Positions 23,911-37,289 of a stretch of 64,000 nucleotides of DNA are shown piece after piece. The notes under the pieces are model-generated. The model saw only the letters and a list, made by a program, of their open reading frames with translations. It did no database searches and had not been told where the DNA came from. Position 1 is the stretch's first letter. Every line of letters begins with the position of its first letter. The position numbers and the translations under genes were made by a program. The DNA comes from Octopus vulgaris (taxonomy: Eukaryota). Location: assembly GCA_951406725.2 (NCBI GenBank), contig OX597820.1, positions 29,016,001 through 29,080,000 on the forward strand, written 5' to 3'.

Positions 23911-23982
23911 TTCATTGCTTGGAATCGAACTCGGAATCTTGGGGCTAGTAGCCCGCGCTCTTAAACACTACGCCATATGCCC
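23665..23982 (-). mobile_element. tRNA-headed element with (AAT)n spacer and HHR
   Basis: Minus strand GGGCATATGGCGTAGTG..GAGTTCGATTCC (A and B boxes), then (AAT)n, then a body containing the HHR at 23729-23774. Confidence 0.7.
23729..23774 (-). ncRNA. Minimal type I hammerhead ribozyme
   Basis: Minus strand ACAC-CTGATGA-AGGTTGG..TCAGCCCC-GAAACGTT-GTGT. Confidence 0.75.
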
Positions 23983-23984
23983 GT

Positions 23985-24000
23985 GGGCACATGGCGTAGT

Positions 24001-24090
<90 letters not shown>

Positions 24091-24415
24091 TAATAATTAA
24101 TAATACTGGACACTGCACACATCCTACGCAAAACACTTTCAATACAGTAACCATAAGAGCATCACAGCAAACCCCAACACATACCCAAGACACACAGAGA
24201 TGTGCTCGGTAGTGAAGTAAAAGCACGCTATAAAAATGAAACTACAGAAGGAGAAGAAGCAGAAGAAGAAGAAGAAGAAGAAGAAGATCGAAAAATATGT
24301 TAGGAATGAGGACCCAGGTTCGAAATTTCCCCAAGATACCTGATGAAGGTTGGGGGGGTATATCAACAAACAAGATGAGGACAAATATCCGTCAAATGTA
24401 AATAATGTGAATAAA
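23985..24415 (+). mobile_element. Inverted partner copy of the tRNA-HHR element, disrupted
   Basis: Head start GGGCACATGGCGTAGT, (AAT)n, inserted Dong-type fragment, then body with CTGATGA but with GAAACGTT deleted. Confidence 0.7.
24105..24249 (+). mobile_element. Short R4/Dong-type 3' end in (TAA)n
   Basis: Reverse complement of 1021-1165; encodes TAHILRKTLSIQ*. Confidence 0.85.
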
Positions 24416-24591
24416 GCGAACTTTTTGTTTAAAAAAATGGGGAAGACTGTAAAAATCATGTATAAATGTAACCACTCCACTTCGGGGGTCGGGTGGGCAT
24501 TGCGCTTCATTCTTTCATAATTTCATTCGTTTCTTTGATTTTTTCTTCTTTACTCAATTTCGCTTTTGTAATTTTTAGTTCCCCGAGTTTA

Positions 24592-25148
24592 TAATAATGA
24601 AATTATTGTATACAGTGCTCAGGTGCACCACAACTTGTCAGAAAGTGCATATAAAGCATATGCAGTAATGTACAAATGTCTGGAAAGTGAACAGTGTATG
24701 AGTCAGATACATGCTTGTGTGTGTATGGAGGGAAGAAAATCAAGTGTAGTGTTGGCGAATCTCAGGAAGCATGGAAGTTTTGAAGGATGCAGTGCTCCGA
24801 CAACTAACAACTGATGCCGGCAGTTTGTTCCATGCTTCAGCAACTCTCAGCGTGAAAAAATGTTTCCTGATGTCATGGGAGCTGTGCTGTTTTCTTACTT
24901 TGTAAATATGTCCACGGGTGTTAGATGGGTGGAGTTTGAAAAGGTGCTCAGAGTTATTGTTTGTACGATGGTTGATAATTTTATGGGTGTCTGCCAAGTC
25001 AGCTGCCAGACGTCGGAGTTTCAATGTGTCCATGCCCAGGGAAGTAAGGCGTTCAGGATATGGCAAATGCCTGATGGAGGGTATTCTTTTGGTTGCACGT
25101 CGCTGAACAGCTTCCAGACGATTGATATCCTGGGCAAGATAGGGGTTT
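24592..25148 (-). mobile_element. 5'-truncated CR1-type LINE (ORF2 C-terminus plus 3' UTR)
   Basis: NPYLAQDINRLEAVQRRATK..LPYPERL..LKLRRL..NTRGH..RKHFFTLRVAEAWNKLPASVV; stop at 24740. Confidence 0.9.
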
Positions 25149-25529
25149 GTTTTGCATTGTCTTTTGTATTGTAAAGCATCTCTATGCAGCCTGAATGGGT
25201 AATAAAAAAAAGAGATAAATTAAATATCGGTGAAACACTGGGGTCGATCTAATCGACTATACCCCCTTCCCAAAAATTTCAGGCTTTGTGCCTATACTAG
25301 AAAGGATTATTATAATTATTATGTTTAAGGTGGCGAACTGGCAGGATCGTTAGCACGCCGGGTTAAATACTTAACGGCATTTCATCTCTGTCTTTACTTC
25401 CAGAGTTCAAATTCCGCTAGGGTCGACTTTGCCTTTCATCCTCTCGGGGTCGATAAAATAAGTACCAGTTACGCAGTGGAATTGATGTAATCGACTAGCT
25501 CCCCCCCAACCCCGCCAAAATTTCAGGCC

Positions 25530-26533
<1,004 letters not shown>

Positions 26534-27169
26534 GTTTGTCACTGATATAAGGCAACGAACTGGTAGAACGGTTAGCAGCGCTGGACAAAATGCTTTGTAG
26601 CATTTCGACCGTCTGTACCTCCTGAGATCAAATTACTCCGAGGTCGACTTTGCCTGTCAACCTTGACAAAATCAATGAAATAGTTTCCAGTTGAACACTT
26701 GGATCGATGTAATCGACTAACGCACTCCCTGCAAAAAATTTCAGGCCTTATACCTATAGCAGAAAGGATGATGTTTGTCGCTGATAGAGCGGTGAGCTGG
26801 CACCCTAGTCAAAACGTTCAGTGACATTTCGTACACCTTTACGTTCTGAGTTCAAACTCCGCCGCGGTCAACTTTGTCGTTCATCGTTCCGGGTTCAATG
26901 AAATAAGTATCAGCCGAACACCGAGGTCAATGTAATAGACCCCCACAAGATTCCAGGCCCTAGATTAGAAAGGATTATGCTTGTTGCTGATTTAGTTGTT
27001 GTTGCCATAGTTATAGTTTGCGTGGTTTTTACTGCTGCCCTTTTCGGTTTTTTTTTGTTTATATTCTTGTATCCGTTTGTTGTTTTGGTGGTGGTTTTTC
27101 TTAAGTTTGTTATTCTTCAACCTTTTCTTGTTGGTTTTGGTCACTCCTTGCTGATTTTATAACTGTATT

Positions 27170-27812
27170 TGTTGTTGTTGTTGTCTTGATGATGGTGGTG
27201 CTGGTGCTGGTGCTGGTGGTAGCGGTGGTGGTACGATGGTGATAGTGATAGCACTGGTGGTGATAGTAGTAGTGGTGGTGATGGTGGTGGTGATTGTGGT
27301 GGTGATGGTGGTCGTGATGATGGTGATAGTAGTGGTGGTGATGATGATGGCGGTGGTGATGGCGGTGGTGATGGTGGTGGTGATTGTGGTGGTGATGGTG
27401 GTGGTGATGATGGTGGTGGCGATGGCGGTGGTGATGGTGGTGATGATGGTGGTGGTGATGGTGGTGGTGGTGGTGGTGGTGATGATGGTGGTGGTGATGG
27501 CGGTGGTGATGGTGGTGGTGATTGTGGTGGTGATGGTGGTCGTGATGATGGTGGTGGTGATGGCGGTGGTGATGGTGGTGGTGATTGTGGTGGTGATGTT
27601 GGTGGTGATGATGGTGGTGATGTAGTGGTGGTGATGATGGTGGTGGTGATGGTGGTGGTGATGGTGGTGATGATGGTTGTACCGATGGTGGTCGAAATTG
27701 GTTTGCGTTTGTTTTTTTTTGTTTTCCTAATTACAATAGCGATTGTTGTTGCTCTTTGGTAGATGTATTCCTCCTTATGCTGCAGCGATAGTGATGATAC
27801 GCAGATAGGGAA

Positions 27813-27866
<54 letters not shown>

Positions 27867-28150
27867 CAGCAGCAGTAGTTGTAGCAATAGTAGATGTTCT
27901 TACTGCTTGCTGTTATTATTGTCGTTGTTCTGTTGTTGTTGCTGTTGTTGTCTTGATGATGGTGGTGGTGGTGGTGCTGGTGGTAGCGGTGGTGGTACGA
28001 TGGTGATAGTGATAGTACTGGTGGTGATGATGATGGTGGTGATAGTAGTAGTGGTGGTGATGGTGATGGTGGTGGTGATGGCGGTGGTGATGGTGGTGGT
28101 GATTGTGGTGGTGATGGTGGTCGTTGTTGTTGTTGTTGTTGTTGATGCTG
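27170..28150. repeat. Compound (GGT/GAT)n low-complexity tracts with an internal duplication
   Basis: The block GTCTTGATGATGG..GTAGCGGTGGTGGTACGATGGTGATAG occurs at about 27183 and 27950. Confidence 0.85.
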
Positions 28151-29057
28151 CTTTTGTTGCCACTACTGATACTGCTACTACCACCACCTTGTATTCGTTT
28201 TGGGGAATCTGACCTTATTCTACACAACGGACAACACCAGTGTCTGGATTTATTCGTCTGGATCTAGGCAGAGCATTCCGTTGTTGTTGTTGTTGTTGTT
28301 GTCGTCGTCGGTGTTGGTGGGGGTTGCGGTGGTTGCGGCGGCGGCGGTGGTGGTGGTGGGGGGTTGACGTTGTCGTCGTGGATGTTTGTTTTCTGGATTT
28401 TATTTTCGTTACTCTCATCGTTAAATGTTTAGTCATAAAGAAGAAGAAGTAGAAGAAGAAGAAGAAGAAGGCTGAAGAGGGGGAGAGGAGGAGGAGGAGG
28501 AAGAATAGGAGGAGTCGATAAGTTTATGTTACTGGGCATTGAATGAGGAGATAAACGGTTGAACACAGTGATAATGGGAAAATTGAAAGAAACAAACTGT
28601 AGGGAACACAATAGAGAGGGGGCAAGGAGATTGTGTAAGAGAAAATCAGACAGAAAGGGGGAGAGAGAGACGATATTTGCTGGTTGATTGGACTAGCTGC
28701 GTAAGAAAAGACCACTCCAATAACTTGTTCAGTTGTGCATGAGACAGAAGAGTGTGAAGGTCCGAGACCACCGACGCCTGTCGGCATGGTGCATTAAGCA
28801 ACAGAATTTTAGCAACAAACATCCAGCCATAATTAGTTCTCCTTGTCTTTTTCTGTTTTTTTTTAATATAGCGTATCTAGTACATTATTTCAACCATTCT
28901 GGTGCCACACATCGCTTTAAATATCCTAACCCATCCACAGCATCCTCCAAAACAGAGTGCCCAGCATTTAGCAGAGAATGTATATACTTCATATGTATTC
29001 AAAGGAAGTTTGACTTGAAACTTTCCTGAAAGTTTTATTCACTTGTTACTAACAAGT

Positions 29058-29174
29058 GACCTACGCCCCATCAAAAATATTAACCTACGCCCCATCAAAA
29101 TATTAACCTACGCCTCATCAAAATATTTCCCAGCCCCATCAAAATATTTCCACGCCCCACCTTGAGAAGCACTG
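29058..29174. mobile_element. hAT (Charlie-like) element terminus with subterminal repeats
   Basis: Four CGCCCCATCAAAATATT-type repeats, then TTGAGAAGCACTG|ATCTA (reverse complement CAGTGCTTCTCAA). Confidence 0.6.
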
Positions 29175-29220
29175 ATCTACTACTAATATTATTAGAACTA
29201 AACTATTAAAAGCAGCTCGA

Positions 29221-29452
29221 AGGCGGCGAGCTGGCAGAATCGTTAGCACGCCGGGCGAAATGCTTAGCAGTATTTCGTCTGTCACTACGTTCTGAGTTCA
29301 AATTCCGCCCAGGTCGACTTTGCCTTTTATCCTTTCGGGGTCGATAAATTAAGTACCAGTTTCGCACTGGGGTCCATGTATCCGACTTAATCCGTTTGTC
29401 TGTCCTTGTTTGTCCCCTCTATGTTTAGCCCCTTGTGGGTAGTAAAGAAATA
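29221..29452 (+). mobile_element. SINE family A, full length
   Basis: Perfect 17-bp TSD TATTAAAAGCAGCTCGA at 29204 and 29453. Confidence 0.95.
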
Positions 29453-30056
29453 TATTAAAAGCAGCTCGAGCTACCACGTGGCGGTTTCATCGCCTGTACA
29501 TGTTATGTTACTCATGATGTGGACTGCCTCAGAAGGCAACAATTCATTGCTCCTCTCTACTTACTGCTGATAGTGTATATCATACCACAATGCTTAAGAG
29601 GCCAGTGAGGCTACTAAATTTGCGTTTGTTTATCTTGTTAAATTGAAGCTATTCAAATTTTCTCTAGATTATTTTCATTAAATGAAGTCCAGATGTATTG
29701 TTTGTTTTGTTAGGTTTTTTTATTTTTGTTTTTTTTGCATGTTGAGAAAAATTGCATTCACTTTTACTAGAGATTGACAATAAAGAAGTTACACGCATTT
29801 AAGTTCGTGGGATTTTAGCCAATCAGAAGCCATAAATATTTTAAACTGCAAACGGTTGAAATTTAGTAACGTCTGCAGTTATTTCTGTTTAGATGTATCT
29901 TTATATGTTTAACTGGACTTGATGGGGAAATAGTGATTTAAGATGTAATATAACATAATATAATATAATAGTAATGATGCGGGTTTGGGGGCGATAAGAA
30001 CTGTAGCTGCTGCGATATCAAATTCTACTCCTTGCGTGTCTATGTGGTCTTTTATT

Positions 30057-30668
30057 CATTTCTACTCTAGGCACAAGGCCCGAAATTTTGGGGGAGGGGG
30101 TCAGTCGCTTAGATCGACCCAGTACGCAACTGGTACTTAATTTATCAACCCTGGTAGGATGAAAAGCAAAGTCAACCATGGAGGAATTCGAACTCAGAAC
30201 GTAAAGATAGACGAAATACCACTAAGCATTTCTCCCGGCGTGCTAACGTTTCTTATTCCTTTACTGCCCACAAGGGGCTACACACAGGAGGCACACAAGG
30301 ACAGACAAACGTTATTAGTCGATCATATCGACCCCAGTGCGTAACTGGTACTTATTTAATTGACCCCGAAAGGATAAAAGGCAAAGTCGACCTCGGCGAA
30401 ATTTGAACTCAGAACGTAACGGCAGACGAAATACCTATTTCTTTATTACCCACAAGGGGCTAAACACAGAGGGGACAAACAAGGACAGACATAGGTTATT
30501 AAGTCGATTACATCGACCCCAGTGCGTAACTGGTACTTAATTTATCGACCCCGAAAGGATGAAAGGCAAAGTCGACCTCGGCGGAATTTGAACTCAGAAC
30601 GTAACGGCAGACGAAATACCGCTAAACATTTCGCTCGGCGTGCTAATGTTTCTGCCAGCTCGCAACCT
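30057..30668 (-). mobile_element. SINE family A trimer
   Basis: Three units inside one 16-bp TSD TATGTGGTCTTTTATT (30041 and 30669). Confidence 0.92.
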
Positions 30669-31404
30669 TATGTGGTCTTTTATTGAGTCGGGGACCTAAA
30701 GGTATAGTCGGTTTACAACTTGAGATACGAACTGGTTTGCTTATATATTTTGCCGTGTATTATATAATTTGTAGAGACTGGGCCGAGCATGACCCACACG
30801 TCGGAATAACATGATGGATCTGGTATATTGGTATGTACCATTGTAGTTATTCATTCTGCTGACCAAATTTGCTATCGATGATGGTAAGATGGGCGGGCGG
30901 GCGGATTCGTCGTAACAATGCTAGCATTGGAGATGTCAGGATCTAATTGTTTTAACAGAACTGTAGAGGGATTTTCATTCGTCGTTTTGAAAGTGATGGT
31001 GGTTGTGTGATGGTTGTGGTGGTTGTGCTTATTGAAGAATATTCGAGCTTCTACTTCTGATCTTCTTGTTGTTGTTGTTGTTGTTGTTGTTGTTGATGAT
31101 GATGATGATGATGACGACGACGATGACGACGACGATGACTGATGATGACTGATGATCATGGTGGTGGTGGTGGTGGTGGTGGTGTGAAAGATGCTTGTGA
31201 TGGTGATGCTGATTGATTCAAATTTCCTAAAAACAATAATATATAGATGATGATGATGATTCCGCCGAAGTCGACTTTGCCTTTTATCCTTTCGGGGGTC
31301 GATAAATTAAGTACCAGTTGCGTACTGGAATCGATCTAATCGACTGGGCCCCCACCCCTAGAAATTCAGGCCTTGTACCTAGAGGAGAAAAGAATAATAT
31401 ATAA

Positions 31405-31447
31405 ACGATGATGATGATGATGACGACGACGACGACGATGATGATGT

Positions 31448-31504
<57 letters not shown>

Positions 31505-31800
31505 CGACGATGATGATGATGGTGTCGATGGTGACGACGACGACGATGATGATGATGATGATGATGATGATGACAATAATGACGATGGTGACGATGATGA
31601 TGATGATGATGACAATAATGACGATGGTGACGATGATGATGATGATGATGAAGATGGTGACGATGGTGACGACGACAACGATTATGATGATGATGATGAT
31701 GATGATGAAGATGACGATGATGATGATGAGGATGATGATGAGGATGAGGATGATGATGAGGATGATGATGATAATGATGATGATGACGATGATGATGAAG
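31405..31800. repeat. Degenerate (GAT/GAC)n microsatellite
   Basis: Directly visible; source of the poly-M, poly-I and poly-S ORFs. Confidence 0.95.
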
Positions 31801-32598
31801 ATAGTGACGAAGACAACGGCAACGAATTCGAGCACGACGTCGAAAACTACGACAACGGCGACGACGACGGGAACGGCGGCAGCGGCGGTAGCGGCGGAAG
31901 CAGTGAAGTGGTCAATAACTGGTAAGTGCTGCTGGCGGGAGTATTTATGGAGACGGTTATACTACCGTTCCGAACCACTCGGGAAATAATTATTCCTTCT
32001 TTTCTTTCCTTTTCTTTTTATGTTTCCAAATAAAATTTCAACAAAAAAAAAAAAAAAAAGAAAGAAAATTTTTTTAATAAACCATTACAAACACAACAAC
32101 GAAAAAATATCAGCAGCAAAAACAAAATTAAAAAAAACAACCTAAAATATAAAAATCAAAAAGCATGAAAAATCATAACGAACATTGAACGATCGAACGG
32201 GGTTAAAGGTTAAGAGGGTAAAGATTGCTTGTCTGATAATTTTAAACAGTGTGATTTGATTTCTGTTACTGCTGTTGCAATAGCTGTTATTGTTGTTGTA
32301 CTTGGTGTTTTTGTTGTTGTTGTTGTTGTTGGCAGTGGTGGTGGTGGTGGTGTTTAGCATCGGTGATTGGAAGTGTTTGGAAGATGATAAATATTCTATT
32401 TGAATTACATTAACACTTTGCTGGCCCCCGTTGCATTGTTGTTCATTCAAAGAGGAATTTCCTCGATACCGTTGCCTATTTAATTCCAAAAATTTATTAT
32501 TTACCGGTCGGCTGGCCTGGTGGCTGGCTGGCCTGTCTGATGGCAGGATAGAACGAAGGTTGGTTAGATGGTTCGTGGTTCATTTATACGCTGTATAG

Positions 32599-32826
32599 AA
32601 GGCGGCGAGCTGGCAGAATCGTTAGCACGCCGGGCGAAATGCTCAGCGGTATTTCGTCTGCCGTTACGATCTGAGTTCAAATTCCGCTGAGGTCACTTTG
32701 CCTTTCGTCCTTTCGGGGTCGATTAAATAAGTACCAGTTACGCACTGGGGTCGATATAATCGACTTAATCCGTGTGTCTGTCCGTGTTTGTCCTCTCTGT
32801 GTTTAGCCCCTTGTGGGTAGTAGAAG
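32599..32826 (+). mobile_element. SINE family A abutting an inverted family B head (32825-32932)
   Basis: Consensus match to both families. Confidence 0.88.
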
Positions 32827-33256
32827 ACAGGCTATAGTAGAAGACAGTTGCCCAAGGTACTACGCAGTGGGACTGAACCCGGAACCATGTGGTTCGAAAG
32901 CAAACTACTTACCACACAGTTAATCCTACGCCTAGGAAATTTATTTTAAAAAGTTTAAAGTTGAACATTTAGAAAAATATATATAAAAGAAGCTAAAGCT
33001 TATCTTAAATTAACCAGTTTTGTGTATAACGAAATCATTGTTTATACGATTTTCAAAGCACTCAAGCATGAATATACATTTTGTAAAGCTTTAAATTAAT
33101 TTTTTTTAATCAATGGCGCGTATAGATAACCCTTGCCGGGCAATGTTACAGAATCACCAACAGGAAAGAGATGCTTCCATTCCATTTTGTTACCGTATTA
33201 TAAGGAATGAAGGACGTGAAATTTTGTCAGAATATGAAATAATATCTTTTTGGGGG

Positions 33257-35988
33257 GGAACAATAGATCTCGAAGCAGATACAGTTATAAGTAACAGCGT
33301 GTGAACACTGGGTTAAAAATATTTTCGATAAATAAAAACAGGCAACAGGATTATTTTATGTTCTCTTGAAATTACTAAATTGTCATGGCGTCAGAACACA
33401 TCGTTTAATTTTGAATTTTTACTCGGCTTGATGTCGTCACCGTCATCGTTATCGTTGCTTTCATCGTATTTGTTTTTGTTGTTACTGCTATTGTTCTTTT
33501 GTTCCGTATCAGCCCTGATTCAGTCGTATGATGAAACGCGCCGTCACCTGTAACTACCCCACTTTTTTTTCTCGAACACTGTGTGTCAAATACCATACAG
33601 CCCAAGACATTTGAGTATGGTTTAAGACAGGTTTGGCTTTTGTTTCATGCTAATCAAGTGACAACGTAGAAAGGCGGTGAGCTGGCAGAAACGTCAGCAC
33701 GCCGGGCGAAATGCTTAGCGATTCGTCTGCTCAGTCTGCCACTACGTTCTGAGTTCAAATTCCGCCCAGTTTGACTTTTGCCTTTCATCCTTTCGGGGTC
33801 GATTAAATAAGTACCAGATACGCACTGGGGTCGATATAATCGACTTAATCCGTTTGTCTGTCCTTGTTTATTCTCTCCGTGTTCAGCCCCTTGTGGGTAG
33901 TAAAGAAATAGGTATTTCGTCTGCCGCTACGTTCTGAGTTCAAATTCCGCCCAGGTCGACTTTGCCTTTCATCCTTTCGGGGTCGATTAAATAAGTACCA
34001 GTTACGCACTGGGGTCGATATAATCGACTTAATCCGTTTGTCTGTCCTTGTTTGTTCTCTCTGTGTTCAGCCCCTTGTGGGTAGTAAAGAAATAGGTATT
34101 TCGTCTGCCGCTACGTTCTGAGTTCAAATTCCGCCCAGGTCGACTTTGCTTTTGGGGTCGATAAATTAAGTACCAGTTACACACTGGGGTCGAAGTTAAC
34201 GACTTAATCCCTTTGTCTGTCCTTTTTGTGCCCTCTATGTTTAGCTCCTTGTGGGCAATAAAGAAATAAGACAGTGGCTCCCTCGTGATTTTGCTGTTGT
34301 TTTGACAGTGTTATTGTTGTTTTTCTTCTCCTGTTTTTTCTTCTTTTTCTTCTTCTCCTCTACCTTTTCTTATGATTAAATCTGATGTTCCTTATACAAA
34401 TGACGATGATGATAGTGATGATGGATGTAATAACGATGACGACCACGATGACGAGGCCGATGACAACGGCAATGACGATGACAATGACGATAGTGAGGAT
34501 GAGAATGATAACGACGACGATGACAAAAATAATGACGATGACTACGACGACAACGATGATGTTGATGATGACAACGGCGGCGACGACGACAACGACGATG
34601 ACGTCATCAGTGAGATCAATGTTGCTTATTTTTTGCTGCTGTTATTGATGCTGCTGCTACTGCTGCTGCTACTGCTGCTGCTGCTATTGCAGTGGATGCA
34701 ACGTTCTTGTTGATGCTGTCTTCTCTGTTATTTCATTTGTTAATGTTGCGCTTCCTGTTTTTGAAGTAGTCCACGACCACCACGACGGTGATCAGATCGC
34801 TACTTTCTTCTGTTGTTTGTTTTTGTTTATTTTTGGTTTGTTTTGTTTTTGTTTTTGTTTTTTGTTTTCTTTTCTTCTATCTGTTTTACATATTTATTAT
34901 GTTGAAACCTGTGTTATGGAAAGCTTTGAAGTTTTCTTGGTTTCTTTCACATCTCCGCTCCTCACCACCTCGCTCGAAGAATTGAGTCAATGAAAAAACT
35001 TTTCGACTTTGAATAATGATATCTTAGCATATTTAGCCGGCGTCAAATGGAAGGCAATTGCACACACATGCAATCACACACACACACACACTCACACACA
35101 CACACATACACACACACACATACACACACACTCACACAAACACAAATACTCACATACATTCATACACACATACATAAATACACACATACACACATATACA
35201 CATACACACACATACACTTACACACACACACACACACACATAAATTAATACCATTATTATGATGCAACTCTTAATGTTGGTGAGCTAGCAAAATCGTTAA
35301 CAAGCCGGACAAAACGCTTAGCGACATATCATCCGTCTTTACATTTTGAGCTCAAATTCCGTCGAGTTCGCCTTTGCTTCTCATTCTTTCGCGGTCGATG
35401 AAACGATTAGCAATCAAGAACTGGTCTTAATGTAATCCTCTTGCCCTTCTCCTAAATAAAAAAAATGCTGATTCGGTGCTAAAATTTTGAAATGATTATT
35501 TTGTAATCATTTAAAGCTGCGAGTCGCAGAATCGTTAGTGCATCTGGAAAAAAAAAACCCCGTTGCGACATTTGTTCCCACTCTTTTCTTTTTGAGTTTT
35601 TGGAACAATAGATCTCGAAGCAGATATAGTTATAAGTAAAAGCGTGTGTGAACACTGGGTTAAAAACCTTATCGATAAATAAAAACAAGCAACAGAATCA
35701 TTTTACGTTCTCCTGATATTTCTAAATTTCTAAATTCTTATGGCGTCAGAAATTTGTCAGAATACATCATTTAATTTTGAAGTTTTACTAGGCTTGTCGT
35801 CACCGTCATCGTTATCGTTGCTTTCATTGTATTTGTTTTTGTTGTTACTGCTATTGTTCTTTTGTTCTGTATCAGCCCTGATTCAGTCATCGGTATGAAG
35901 AAACGCGCATCACCTGTAACTACCCTATTTTCTTTTTCTCGAATAGTGTGTCAAATGCCATACAACCCAAGACATTTGAGTATGGTTT
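33257..35988 (+). repeat. Direct duplication of about 370 bp (33257-33622 and 35602-35988)
   Basis: Both copies run from GAACAATAGATCTCGAAGCAG to CCCAAGACATTTGAGTATGGTTT with small indels. Confidence 0.9.
33670..34270 (+). mobile_element. SINE family A trimer
   Basis: Two AAGAAATA|GGTATTTCGTCTG junctions at about 33910 and 34094. Confidence 0.92.
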
Positions 35989-36322
35989 GATATTTTCTGG
36001 GTCGATCAAAATAATACCAAAAATACCAGAAATATTTGAGTCGATTACACCGACTTATTCTCTCCTTTCACAGCTGCAAATCTTGTGCCCAACACTAGAA
36101 ATAATTTTTTTATGCAACCATTTGGATAATAACGATACGGGGTTTTGGCACCGATTTTAGGAACTGTGAAGTGATGACAGAAGCTAAAAATCAGCTAGAA
36201 AAGCCGATGGGCCTGCAACTCGGCACCTGTAAAGGCAGATTGAACAGTATCGTGAGGTACAAGACAGTTTGACCGAAACGGTTAATTTGCTTGGTGCCTG
36301 GTTTGGACCAGATCTTCAAGTA

Positions 36323-36922
36323 CCGTAATACCTCGAATATTGTGGGTGTTATGTTCCAAAGCCCCACGCGATAGGTGAAAATCTGCGAAGTGGATGGAAG
36401 CACTCCGTCGGTTACGACGATGAGGGTTCCGCGAAATTAACGTGTAAGTGGCTGAGCACTCCACAGACACGTGTACCCTTAACGTAGTTCTCGGGGATAT
36501 TCAGCGTGACACAGAGAGTGACAAGGCCGGCCCTTTGAAATACAGGTACAACAGAAACAGGAAGTAAGAGTGAGAGAAAGTTGTGGTGAAAGAGTACAGC
36601 AGGGATCACCACCATCCCCTGCCGGAGCCTCGTGGAGCTTTAGGTGTATTCGCTCAATAAACACTCACAACGCCCGGTCTGGGAATCGAAACCGCGATCC
36701 TACGACCGCGAGTTCGCTGCCCTAACCACTGGGCCATTGCGCCTCCACATAAAATCTGCGAAGTTGAACAGTCCTGTATGTTGTCTTTTTTTTTCATAAT
36801 ATGTATGTTTTTATTTTATTGTAATGCAAAACAATACCACAGATGAATCGACGTAAGCTTAACTAACAAACCGCGATAGGTGAACCGCGATAGAATAATT
36901 GCGATATGGTGAGGGATTGCTG
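36323..36922. mobile_element. pogo/Tigger-like MITE interrupted by a SINE
   Basis: TA|CCGTAATACCTCG at the left, GAGGGATTGCTG|TA at the right; subterminal CGCGATAGGTGAA repeats. Confidence 0.65.
36400..36750 (-). mobile_element. Chimeric SINE: family C head with family D tail
   Basis: 36560-36750 matches C and 36400-36545 matches D; 14-bp TSD AAAATCTGCGAAGT at 36378 and 36751. Confidence 0.9.
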
Positions 36923-36991
36923 TAGAGAAAAAAGGAACTTATTTGAAAATGAGCTATGAGAATTTTATCCCGGGAAGGTTGGGCAGAGATG

Positions 36992-37221
36992 TATTTCTTT
37001 ACTGCCCACAAGGGGCTAAACATAGAGGGGACAAACAAGGACAGACAAAGGAATTAAGTCGATTACATCGACTCCAGTGGGAAACTGGTACTTTATTTAT
37101 CGACCCCGGAAGGATGAAAGGCAAAGTCGACCTCGGCGGAATTTGAACTCAGAACGTAACGTCAGACGAAATACGGCTACGCATTTCGCCCGGCGTGCTA
37201 ACGTTTCTGCCAGCTCGCCGC
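36992..37221 (-). mobile_element. SINE family A
   Basis: Full-length consensus match. Confidence 0.9.
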
Positions 37222-37289
37222 CCTGGCAGAGATGGTGAACTATCACATTGCATCCGTCATCTATTATAGCTTGTCTGTTGTGCATAATA

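Noticed and set aside
27141-27887. 248-aa extensin-like SPPP ORF
   Set aside because: Translation of degenerate (CAC/CAT)n tracts that are open in several frames; no unique domain or splice evidence.
31284-31989. Poly-M, poly-I and poly-S ORFs
   Set aside because: (GAT)n microsatellite.
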